Below, one piece after another: positions 41,770 through 51,078 of a stretch of DNA of 64,000 bases. The stretch is taken from the NCBI RefSeq assembly GCF_009914755.1, contig NC_060947.1; one strand, 5' to 3'. The notes under the pieces are model-generated. The model had not been told where the DNA came from. It saw only the letters and a list, made by a program, of their open reading frames with translations, and did no database searches. Source of the stretch: the human T2T-CHM13v2.0 reference genome, Homo sapiens. Numbering within the stretch: the first letter of the stretch is position 1; the number at the start of each line of letters is the position of its first letter. Both the position numbers and the translations under genes were made by a program.

Positions 41770-42020
41770 TAACTTTCCCACCCCAAGATAGGGGTAGGGC
41801 ACTGAGGGATAACCAGGAAGGAGTGGTGAAGGAGGGTGTTGAATAGATTGTATAATAAAGGACCAGTCTGATTGTGCCTAGAGGGGATTTCATTGACTTT
41901 CACGATAGAGACAGAGGAACTGAGGAGAGGTCCAGAATATTCTGGTAAAACTGAATAACTATCCCCTGTATCCAATAGGAAAGACACGGGCTTACTAGAG
42001 ACTGACAGTGTTATCCTGGG
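41770..42020 (-). pseudogene. ERV protease remnant
   Basis: FLLDTGDSYSVL active-site motif and HSFLVIPQCPTPILG in ORF 41769..41987. Confidence 0.85.
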
Positions 42021-42079
42021 TTCTGAGGTGGTGATGGTGGTAGGGGGGTGGGGGCAGACTCCAGGCCCTGTCAGTCTTC

Positions 42080-43330
42080 AGTTAGAGGTTATGAAGCAAG
42101 CGGGATGAAAAGTTTTCCTGAGCACAGTCTGACTTTCAGTGTTCCTTGATAACACAGATGGGGCGAGGTTTCCTGGGTGTCCTGGGATTAGGGCAGGCTT
42201 TTGCCCAATGTCCCTGTTGGTTGCACTTATAACAGGCTCCTGGCAGTGACTGTTGTAACACTGAGGACTTCTGTATGAATTGGGAACCCTGTTGAATGGC
42301 AGCTGCCAGCATTTGGTATTTAGCCTGGTCCTTTTTTGTGTTTTTAGTTCTTCTTCTCTATTATTAAAGACCTCAAATGCCACTTCAATTAAGTGTCTTT
42401 GGGAGGTTTGAGGGCCATCCTCCAGTTTTTTAAGTTTCTTTTGGATGTCGGGGGCTGACTGGGAGATAAAGTGTAAATGAAGGTGGATTTTGCCCTTATT
42501 GGTATCAGGGCTTTTGAAAGGCAGTAGAGGAAAAGAGCATGGGCAGCTTTATTTATGCCAGCTAGAAGGCATGATATCGTATGGCCTTGTTTTTGTCTGT
42601 CTGCAGAAGTTGCCTGATAATTCCAATTGGTGTAAGTCCTGGGGACAGCTAGGGTCCCTATTGGGTTATGGGCAGCATGTTGTTGGTGGAGGGTGTTTGC
42701 ATTGGCATAGACAGCCATCCAGATGCATTCCCTGTCTTCTGGGGAGAGGGTGGAGGAGAGCATGACATACGTGTCTTGCCAGGTAAGGTCGTAAGATTGA
42801 GTGGCATACAAAAATTCCTTGTGGAAAGAGATGGGATCCTTGGATAAAGGAGCCAAGTCTCTTTTTAAAATGGGAGAGGCTGGCTAGAGAGATGGGAACA
42901 TGATCTCAGATTATGCTTTTGTCCCTCATGATCTCCTGCAAGGGAAGGGCTTTGGAAGGCCTTTGGGTGTGTGCCTGGTTTTCAGCACTAGGGGGGTGGG
43001 TGTGAGACCTGGTTTGTGGTGGAGAACGAAGAGGGGATGGAGGGCGACAGTAAAGGGGTGGAGGAGCCAGAGCCAAAGGAGAAGAAGGAGGAAATGATGT
43101 TGGGAGGGGGACTGAGATAGGGGTTTTTTTAACCAGGCTGAAATTAGAGGAGAAAGGCTTGTCCTGAGGAGGAGGCATTTTTGCGGGTTTTTCATTGAGG
43201 AGGAGGATTTGAAAAGGGGAAAAAGATTGGCAGAGAGAGAGAGCAATCCATGAACGGAGATAAGCCAAGCACTTTTGTTCCTTTACCATTGCATTAGAGA
43301 AAGTTTTTAGATTATGTTCAATTTGGAAGT
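42080..43330 (-). pseudogene. ERV gag remnant (frameshifted)
   Basis: Capsid-like KDPISFHKEF..TQSYDLTWQDTYVMLSSTLSPEDRECIW and AFEVFNNREE; zinc knuckle CYKCNQQGHWAKAC (42193-42234) plus a second degenerate knuckle (42124-42165). Confidence 0.85.
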
Positions 43331-43354
43331 TGAAAGTTTTGTTGTTTGGAGGAG

Positions 43355-43503
43355 GGGAGTGCATACCCCTGAAGGGAATGAGTATCTCCAGAGGGTAGTG
43401 AATACCCCAGAGGGAAGCGAGTACCTCAGAAGGGAGTTAATATCCCAGAAAAGAGTGAGTGCCCAGAAGGGGAGTGAATACCCCGGAGAAAAGTGACTAC
43501 CCA
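43355..43503. repeat. Degenerate ~19-bp tandem repeat (GAGTGAATACCCCAGAGGG-like, about 8 units) in the proviral leader
   Basis: Repeated gtgaataccccagaggga / gagtacctcagaaggga / gtgaataccccggagaaaa units. Confidence 0.7.
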
Positions 43504-44008
43504 ATTCCTCCCAGGAGAATAGACGTAGGAGAGCTGGGATGTACCAAAGAGCTGTGGCAGCTCTTCACAGTCCCCTAGAGGCCAGAGTGGCTGGAGTGGT
43601 GAGCGTTCTGAAGGTGTCCCCTGAGAAGGCAGGCTGCGGTCACCTGGTGACCAGGGAGACCTCCAACTCAGTGCTAGGATTTTCTGGAGAACCAGCAGAA
43701 ATAGAGAAAAATCTGGAAAGGAGGAAAAGGGAGATTCACCCACTAACTGGAGACTGGTGTTGGATGTAAGATCCAGCAATGGGGGTGATCCTTACTGGAG
43801 CCACCCAGAAAGGGTAAGGAAGCAGAGGATGGAGAGTTTGATCAGGACCTAGAGGTCAGCCCAGGACTGGAGAAAATGAGAGAATAAGGAGAACGGGGCT
43901 GGGAACAGGTAGTCCACTCAGGATATGGAAGCAGGCTCAGGTCTAGTTTTTGCTGCTTGCTGCCTTCCAGGATGCAAAGAAGACTTACCTGGTAGAACTC
44001 AATCCCCA

Positions 44009-44026
44009 TCCTGGGTTTTGGCACCA
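44009..44026 (-). other. Primer binding site complementary to tRNA-Phe
   Basis: Minus strand TGGTGCCAAAACCCAGGA, 3 nt after the 5' LTR, versus expected TGGTGCCGAAACCCGGGA. Both differences are CpG-type transitions. Confidence 0.85.
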
Positions 44027-44029
44027 AAA

Positions 44030-44474
44030 TGTTAGGTTTTGAAGGGAAGGCAAGGGTTAAAGACACACAAAGAGGGGACCACTCAAACAGCAACACAGGT
44101 ATATTGCCGACAGCTGCAGAAGTGGGGGACCAGCTTAATGCCAGAGCCCACTACCACTTACAGGCTGGGGTACTTACAGGTATTGGTGGGAGGCAGCTGG
44201 GCAGTATGGGATGCTGCCTGGCAGGATATTGATAAGATATTCTTATGATCAGGTGGTTTGACCCTTTTTCCTGTGGGATGTCATTGTGGTGTTTCTTGGA
44301 CCTTTGCCCAGAAAGATATGATAGCAATGTTTCTTAGTTGGGCCTTTGTCCACCTTGTAGTCAAGTGGTTAGACAGGATGTTTCTCATGGCCTGAACCCC
44401 CATGGAATGTTTCACTTTGACCGAGGTCTGCATAATAGCAGGGAGCTTACAAAGTCATGCAGTTTGGAGTAACA
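44030..44474 (-). mobile_element. 5' LTR of the intronic provirus (445 bp)
   Basis: TGT...ACA termini; colinear with 36738-37189 (roughly 80% identical by eye); adjacent to the PBS. Confidence 0.9.
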
Positions 44475-44661
44475 CAGATGACCCTACCCATGCTCCTCTT
44501 CTTCCCCATAGATCCCTACCCTATGATTCCACCTTGCTCTTCTCTGGCACAAGCCCCTTCCTCAACCTGCATTCCTTCTCATAAAGCCCCCCTTGCTATC
44601 TATTCTCTACCCTCTTCATCCAAAATAACACCATTCTGGCCTCTCCCTGTTTTTTTACCAG

Positions 44662-44883
44662 AAGAAGAAGAATCTGCACAGAGCCTCAGCCCCTGAACAG
44701 AGTTTGAAAGAGACAGAAAAAGCAAAATATCCAACATTAGTGTTTTACTGCAGGAAGAATAAGAAAAGAAATTCAAATCAACTGGAGAATAACCAGCCTA
44801 CAGAGAGCTCCACTGATCCAATCAAAGAGAAAGGAGACCTAGACATATCTGCAGGATCTCCACAGGATGGTGGGCAGAATTAG
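44662..44883 (+). CDS. SPANXN4: SPANX family member N4, coding exon 2 (KKKNLHRASAPEQSLKETEKAKYPTLVFYCRKNKKRNSNQLENNQPTESSTDPIKEKGDLDISAGSPQDGGQN*)
   Basis: Polypyrimidine tract and CAG acceptor (ctctccctgtttttttaccag, ends 44661), then 73 codons to TAG 44881-44883. Spliced to exon 1 this gives a 99-aa protein with the SPANX core (LVFYxRK..K.NSNQLEN), matching SPANXN4 as I recall it. Confidence 0.95.
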   Translation, partial: KKKNLHRASAPEQSLKETEKAKYPTLVFYCRKNKKRNSNQLENNQPTESSTDPIKEKGDLDISAGSPQDGGQN

Positions 44884-44924
44884 TCCAAATTGGACAAATC
44901 ATCACCACGGATGGCGATGATTAC

Positions 44925-44930
44925 AATAAA
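44925..44930 (+). terminator. SPANXN4 polyadenylation signal AATAAA (second candidate 45082-45087)
   Basis: AATAAA about 40 nt after the stop codon, followed by GT-rich sequence (gactgtgtat). Confidence 0.7.
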
Positions 44931-45639
44931 ATCAGTTTGAGGAGCTGATGACTGTGTATACCTCTGCCTTTTTTTCTGATGGTGGGGAGGCAGGGAAGGG
45001 AAAAGATAGGCATTTGAGAACGGAGGGATATGAGATCCTGTAGCATTGGCGGACAGATCCACAGGTTAGCCAGACATTGTAAATAAAGACTGGGGGAGGA
45101 CTGATTCCTGGAGACAAATTTTCTTCTTAAAATTTTATCTCACAGGAGAGGAAGAAAAGGATTTGGTGTTCCTTGGAGCACGTGCATGTTTAGAAGAGCA
45201 CATAAGAAGATCTGTATTGTATGTAGGTGACAGTGACACTCTTTCCAAAATGAAGACATCAGAATCACCACCTTCAGGCCACATACCTCAGAGTGGTGTG
45301 TTTTGTAACTCACCCAATGCTGTGAGCAACTGAAGGTCCTCAAAAGGAACAAGAACCTCACCCTACAGAAAGTAAGACAGCATGCCACACACAATAAAAT
45401 AATGGTGTTTGGAGGACATGCTTCCAATACTAGGGCGCTTGTTAAGAAACTCTAGGTGGAGCAGTCACCTACCAAGTGTGGGGCACTGGGAGTGGCCTGT
45501 GTCTACTGCAGGCAACAAACAGAAGCATTGTCTACAGGGAATTTTAACACAAGAATACAAGTAAAATCTGGTATTTTTATCACCACTTCCATACACCAGC
45601 ATTTCTGTAGAATGTCAATGATTAAGAATTCTTCCCCTA

Positions 45640-45735
45640 GAGACAGAGCTTGCAGTGAACCGAGATGGCACCACTGCACTCCAGCATGGACGACAGAGTG
45701 AGACTCTGTCTCAAAAAAAAAAAAAAAAAAAAAAA
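45640..45735 (+). mobile_element. 5'-truncated Alu (right-arm 3' end, Y-like)
   Basis: gagcttgcagtgaaccgagat...actctgtctc(A)n with flanking direct repeat cttccccta. Confidence 0.85.
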
Positions 45736-46289
45736 CTTCCCCTAAAAGAAAATATCGTTTTTATTGGAGGAAATACAATAGAATGGTTTTGGCATCAATG
45801 TAGAGGGCTGAGTTATATTCCTTGAGTTAATTGCTCAAGACCCTCTCCTGTTTATTTACTCATTCACTCTCCTTTATTTCCATGGCCCAGTTTTATTCCC
45901 CTTGTCTTCATTGGCAATCATTGTAATGCATTTGATGTGTATCCTTTTCTTTGTATGAGTGTCAATACATGTTTTTTTTATTGTTTGTGGACATTTGTTT
46001 TCAATGTATATATCCATTGTCAATACTTAATGTTCCACTCAGGCCTGTTTTTAAGATGCATCTATGTATGTCTAATCTGTTCCTCCCTTGTCAGATATAT
46101 TTTTATATTATATAAATTTAAGAAAGATATTTGGATTTTTAATTTTTGTACCCACCTTCTGGTCCATGTTTTGTTTAATTTATACCTTAGGATTACATTT
46201 TCTTTCAAGTGACTGTAAATAGTATCATGTGTTTAATTTTTATTTCCACATGTTCAATGTTAGTATACAGAAGTGTGATGGATTTTTAA

Positions 46290-46740
46290 TGTTTATTTTA
46301 AAGAAATTTTATTTTGTATATTTGAGGTTTACAACATGTCATTATGGGATATATATATAAAGTAAAATGGTTACAATGGTAAAAATGATTAGCATACCTC
46401 TCTTCTCACTTTTTTAAGTGTGTGACAATAGCAGCTAAAATCTACTTATTTAAAAAAATTCATGATATAATTTCATTAGCTTTAGTCCCCCTGTACATTA
46501 GATCACTAGACTTGTTCATCCTACATATCTGGTATTTTGTATCCTTTGACTTACATCTCCCCATTTCTTCTCCCACCCCCAATGTTTCATTCTCCACCTC
46601 TGTCTATTGGACCCCTTATTTATATAGTCCACATACGAGATCAGGTAATCTTTTTCTTTCTGTCTGGATTATTTAACTTAGTGTGATGTCCTCCTGGTCC
46701 ATCCATGTTCTGGAAAATGCCAAGATCTTTTTTTTTCAAG
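46290..46740 (-). mobile_element. L1MA(8-10)-like 3' end
   Basis: ctgtacattagatcactagacttgttcatcctacata; tgtctggattatttaacttag. Confidence 0.65.
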
Positions 46741-46948
46741 TGGAGGAAGGATATTAAAGAGCAGATGGATGGTAACCAAAAGAAGGGAGAATGAAAATCT
46801 TTCTTCTGGCTCTTTTCTAACATTGTCTTCAGGACCTAGGCATACTCTGATATCCACAATTTCTCTGCCAAAATCTGTTGTCACTACAGGTGTCCATCTT
46901 GGAAAAAGCCTAACATGATATAGACATGGCCCTTGATGTCTACAGAAA

Positions 46949-46992
46949 AATCTCACAGATCCTCACACCGAATCTCACAGATCCTCACACCG
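46949..46992. repeat. 22-bp tandem duplication
   Basis: aatctcacagatcctcacaccg occurs twice in tandem. Confidence 0.9.
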
Positions 46993-47089
46993 AATTGGGG
47001 AGTATGAGAAGCCCTATTAAATCTCTTTTCCTTTAGTTCACCAATCATTGGTGAATATTTTTCTGTTCTAGATAGAACTTCCATAATTC

Positions 47090-47505
47090 CCAAGTATACT
47101 CTGGCATTTATATTCATTTATTTGCATGTGGATGTCCAGTTGTCCAAGCACCATTTGTTGAAAATACGATTCATTGAATTATCGCGACATCCTTTTCTAT
47201 GATCAATTGACCATAGCTTTATCAGTTTATTCCTGTTCTCTAAATTTTATTCTATCAATTAGTACATGTAAAAGTATCTAAGCAGTATGCTTTCTTGAAT
47301 GCTATGGCTTTGTGGTAAGTTTTGAAATACAAAAGGGAGAATCATTCAAGTTTGCTTTTCTTTTACAATATTGGTTTGGCTGTTCTAGGCCCTTTAAATT
47401 TACGTGAGTTTTAAGATAAGCTTGTCAATATCTGCAAAAAATGCAGGTGGGATCTTGATTGGGAGTACATTGAATCTGTACCTCGATTTGGGGAATATTG
47501 AACAC
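47090..47505 (-). mobile_element. Old L1M ORF2 fragment
   Basis: ggatgtccagttgtccaagcaccatttgttgaaaa; ttggctgttctagg; cattgaatctgta. Confidence 0.65.
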
Positions 47506-48251
47506 AGACTTTATCTCTAAGATCTTTCAATGCTAGGGTGCTCCAGAGTTCAGTCCTTAGACATACCCTTTTATCCTTCTGCACTCTTTTAGCTTTAAAT
47601 GACATCTATACGCATATGACAACCAAAATTATATCTTCCCCCTAAATCTCTCCCTGAAGCCCAAACTGACTAGTTTATGCATTCATTTGAGTACCGAATA
47701 AACATTCCAAAATTAATATAGTCAATGATAATTTTACAAGAAACAATAACATTGTGCTTATCACATTCAAGGTACTCTTTTTAAGACCATAAGTAACCTG
47801 ATGAGGCGATTATCATTTTTCCCTTCAAAAAAACCGAGGTAAACACTAGATACATAAATGACTAAGTTCATATAGAAAGTGTCAGAATCCAAGATTTGAA
47901 CCCAGTCATGCTGATCCCAGAACCTACACACTTCACAATACCTCATATCATTTCTTCTAATTAGAGCATATGCTTTCTCTATCTGCATACTTATCTTCTC
48001 CCTTTTCTTGGAAGATAAATTTCTTGGGGCGAATTCTTCCGTGAGCCATTTCTATAATAACATAAATTATATGAATAAAAGACCATAATAACGAATGCCT
48101 GCAGTTTCTCACTCCCCCAGCTTGACTATGTACTCAGACTATACTGTTGAGTTGCCTTAATGGAGTCAGTACAAGGAAGTTAGGGTTTATAGTCTATCAG
48201 TAGAAACTGCTGTTTATCAATTCCTAACCATTTCCTGGATATTTTCTCTAT

Positions 48252-48642
48252 TGCTATGGTTAGGCTTTGTGTCCCCATTCAAATCTCGTCTTGAATTATA
48301 ATTCCTATAATCCCCATAATTTCCATGTGTCAAGAAAGAGACCACGTGGTGGTAATTGGATCATGGGGGCAGTTTCCTCCATGTTGCTCTCATGATAGTG
48401 AGTGAGTTCTCAGGAGATCTGATGATTTTATAAGTACTTGGTAGTTCCTCCTGCATTCGTTCTCCTTTCTGCCACCTTGTGAAGAAGGTGCCTTGCTTCC
48501 CCTTCTCCTTCCATCATGATTCTAAGTTTCCTTGAGGCCTGCAAAGCCATGCTGAATGTAAGTCAATTAAACCTCTTATTTTTTTAATAAATTACCCAGT
48601 CTCAAGCAGTTCTTTATAGCAGTGTGTAAATGGACTGATACA
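48252..48642 (+). mobile_element. THE1D/MSTA-like solo LTR
   Basis: tgctatggttaggctttgtgtcccc...ggactgataca; perfect TSD TCTAT at 48247-48251 and 48643-48647. Confidence 0.88.
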
Positions 48643-48879
48643 TCTATAGAATCTATAACAATCTTAAAGTAAACAGAAGAAAATAATAGACTTTCGATAG
48701 CAGTTCAACACATAATGAATCCCAGTTGATTCTGATGTGAAGTGCTATAACTCAGGTCTTTACGTGATATCTGTAACTACTTACACTCTGATCTCTTTTT
48801 TCTTTCTTTGAAAGCACTTGCACTAGTGACATTTGAATCACTTCATCGTTCTTTTTTAAAGAATTGTAGAATCATATAA

Positions 48880-49640
48880 CTGTTGGCTTTCTGTCTTTCA
48901 GTTTCCTATATATGCCAAGGTCTTTTCTACATGAAAACTGTTTCTCATTTTCTTCTCTTTGCCTAGAATTATTTTCTCCTTTCTACACACAGTGCCAAAT
49001 CTCACTGAAATTATCATTGGTTACATTAATTAATAACTTTAGGTCTTTAGCCCATGGCTACCTCCACACTTGAGTTCCTCTCTGGCCACTTTATGTAAAG
49101 TTTTAATCCAACACCTCCTATCCCCATAGCTAACATTTTATATGCCTTCCTGGCATTATTGTTTTCTTGTTAATAATTATCATTCTCAAACATATTTTAC
49201 TTTCTTCTTGTTTTCAGTTTGCTTTCTCCAGTATATTGTAAACTCCATGACAACAATTATCTCAGCCTGTTTTGTTCACTACTGTATTCTTATGACTTCA
49301 AAAAGTGTCTAGCATGTAATAAGTACTTAATAAATATTTGTTGCATTGAATCTTCAATATACATCATTTATTCAACAAACACTTTTTAAGCACTTGTTAT
49401 GTCCCAGGCACTATGCTGTGTACTGAGGATATGATGCAGAACAAGACTGACATTACCACTGAACTTAAACCTGTGAAAAGCAGGTAAGTAAATGAGTATT
49501 TACAATATAAAGTGTTAAGGAAGTAAGATAGGAGTCAGCAAACTGTGGAGGCATATTAGAGGAGCATCTTGCCTAGTCTGTGGCATCAGAGGATACTTCC
49601 AAAACCTGAGGAATTGAGACCTGAAGTTATTGGGGGAGCT
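48880..49640. mobile_element. Two L2 3' ends arranged tail-to-tail (+ to ~49350, - from ~49362)
   Basis: ttttgttcactactgtat...aataaatatttgttg on +, then cattta ttcaacaaac...tatgtcccaggcactatgct...gaacaagac (reverse L2 end). Confidence 0.7.
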
Positions 49641-49671
49641 CATGTAGATTTCTGTAGTATATTGTCTGAAC

Positions 49672-49880
49672 CAGAGGTCAGCAAATTTTTATCTGTCAGC
49701 TTTTCTCTATCAAGAGCCAGTTAACAAATATTATAGGTTTGTGGGTCACATATGGTCCCCATTACAATTAACCAATTTTACCCTTGTCACAAAAGCAGTC
49801 ATAGATGATGCATAAGCTAATGGCATGGCTCTTTGCCAATACAACTTTAATTGCAAAGACAGGTGGCAGCACAAACTGTC
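49672..49880 (-). mobile_element. MER58A-like DNA transposon fossil
   Basis: cagaggtcagcaaat...aaatattataggtttgtgggtcacatatggtc...aaaagcagtcataga...caaagacaggtggcag. Confidence 0.65.
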
Positions 49881-50259
49881 TTTTCATAACTCCTAATATA
49901 GCCCCATGGAATTCAAATTTTTTTTTTAAGTAACAGAACCCTTTATTCAAAGAAACTTTATGTGGAATACCAGTATCTAATGAGACAAAAGTCCTTGGTT
50001 AAAACTGTGGTGGAAGTCTGGAGACCCTTACCTCTCTTTCCCAGTGATTAGAGGAATAAGTAGGTAAGCTTCCTTCTTCCAGCATAAGACTTACCCACTT
50101 TTCCTTTCTCTTTCTTCTTATATGGCTTCCCCCTCATCCCTTATAATAAGAGCTGAGGCCAATAAGGTTGTTCTAACTAAGAAAATCAAACTAGAAAAGT
50201 TGATATTCAAAAACAGAATCAGCCAAATTTTTTTGGGAAATTCTCAAAGATACTCCATT

Positions 50260-51078
50260 TATTGAATTGTGCATTACTGTCCCCACCCCACCCACCAAAT
50301 TCATATGTTGAAGCAATAATTTTCATTGTGATTGTATTGGTCCAGTCTCATACTGCTATAAAGAAATACCTGAAACTAGGTAATTTATAAAGAAAAGAGG
50401 TTTAATTGACTCACAGTTCCACAGGCTGTACATGAAGCATGGCTGGGAAGGCCTCAGGAAACTTACAATCATGGAAGAAGGCAAAGGGGAAGCAGGCACA
50501 TCTTCACATGGTGGCAGGAGAGAGATAGTGAAGGGGGAGATGCTGCACATTTTTAAACAACCAAATCTCATGAGAAGTCACTTGCTATCATGAGAACAGC
50601 AAGAGGGATGTCTCCCCCGTGATCCAAACACCTCCCACCAGACCTGTCCTCTAATATTGAGGACTACAATTGGATATGAATGAGATTTAGGTGGGGACAC
50701 AGATACAAAGCATATCAGTGACTGTATTTGGAGACAGGGCTTGTAAGGAGGTAATTAAGGTTAAATTAGATCATAAGAGTATGGCCCTAATCTAATAAGA
50801 TTATTATCCTTGCAAGAAGAAACAGAACATCCCCCTCTCCTTATTCCCTTCTCCCTCATCACATGGACTACAGGAAGGCTACATGAGGAAACAAAGAGAA
50901 GGCAGCCATCCACAACCCAGAAGCCAGGAAGAGAAGTCTCACCAGATACCAACTCTGAGGGCACCCTGATCTTACACCTCCAGCCTCCAGAACTGTGAGA
51001 AAATGAATTTCTATTGTTTTACACCATCCAGTTTATAGTATTTTGTTATGATTATGACAGCTGGAGCAGACTAAGGCA
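50260..51078 (+). mobile_element. MLT1A/B-like LTR split by an MST insertion
   Basis: caaattcatatgttgaag...[insertion]...gtgactgtatttggagacaggg...cagcctccagaactgtgagaaa...gactaaggca. Confidence 0.8.
50333..50717 (-). mobile_element. MSTA-like solo LTR nested in MLT1
   Basis: tgtatt...gctataaagaaatacctga...gaggtttaattgactcacagttcc...catatca; TSD gtga[t/c]. Confidence 0.85.

Larger units (their letters stand above)
36738..44474 (-). mobile_element. Full-length decayed class I (gammaretrovirus-like) endogenous retrovirus, HERV-H/F supergroup with a Phe PBS, antisense in the SPANXN4 intron
   Basis: Two homologous ~450-bp LTRs, TSD CAGAT (36733-36737 and 44475-44479), PBS, PPT and gag-pro-pol-env remnants in correct order on the minus strand. 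Confidence 0.93.

Noticed and set aside
43355-43503. Repeat array considered as CRISPR-like
   Set aside because: Eukaryotic retroviral context, units abut without unique spacers, no cas genes.
44009-44026. tRNA-Phe 3'-end match considered as a tRNA gene
   Set aside because: Only 18 nt, next to an LTR; it is the retroviral primer binding site.
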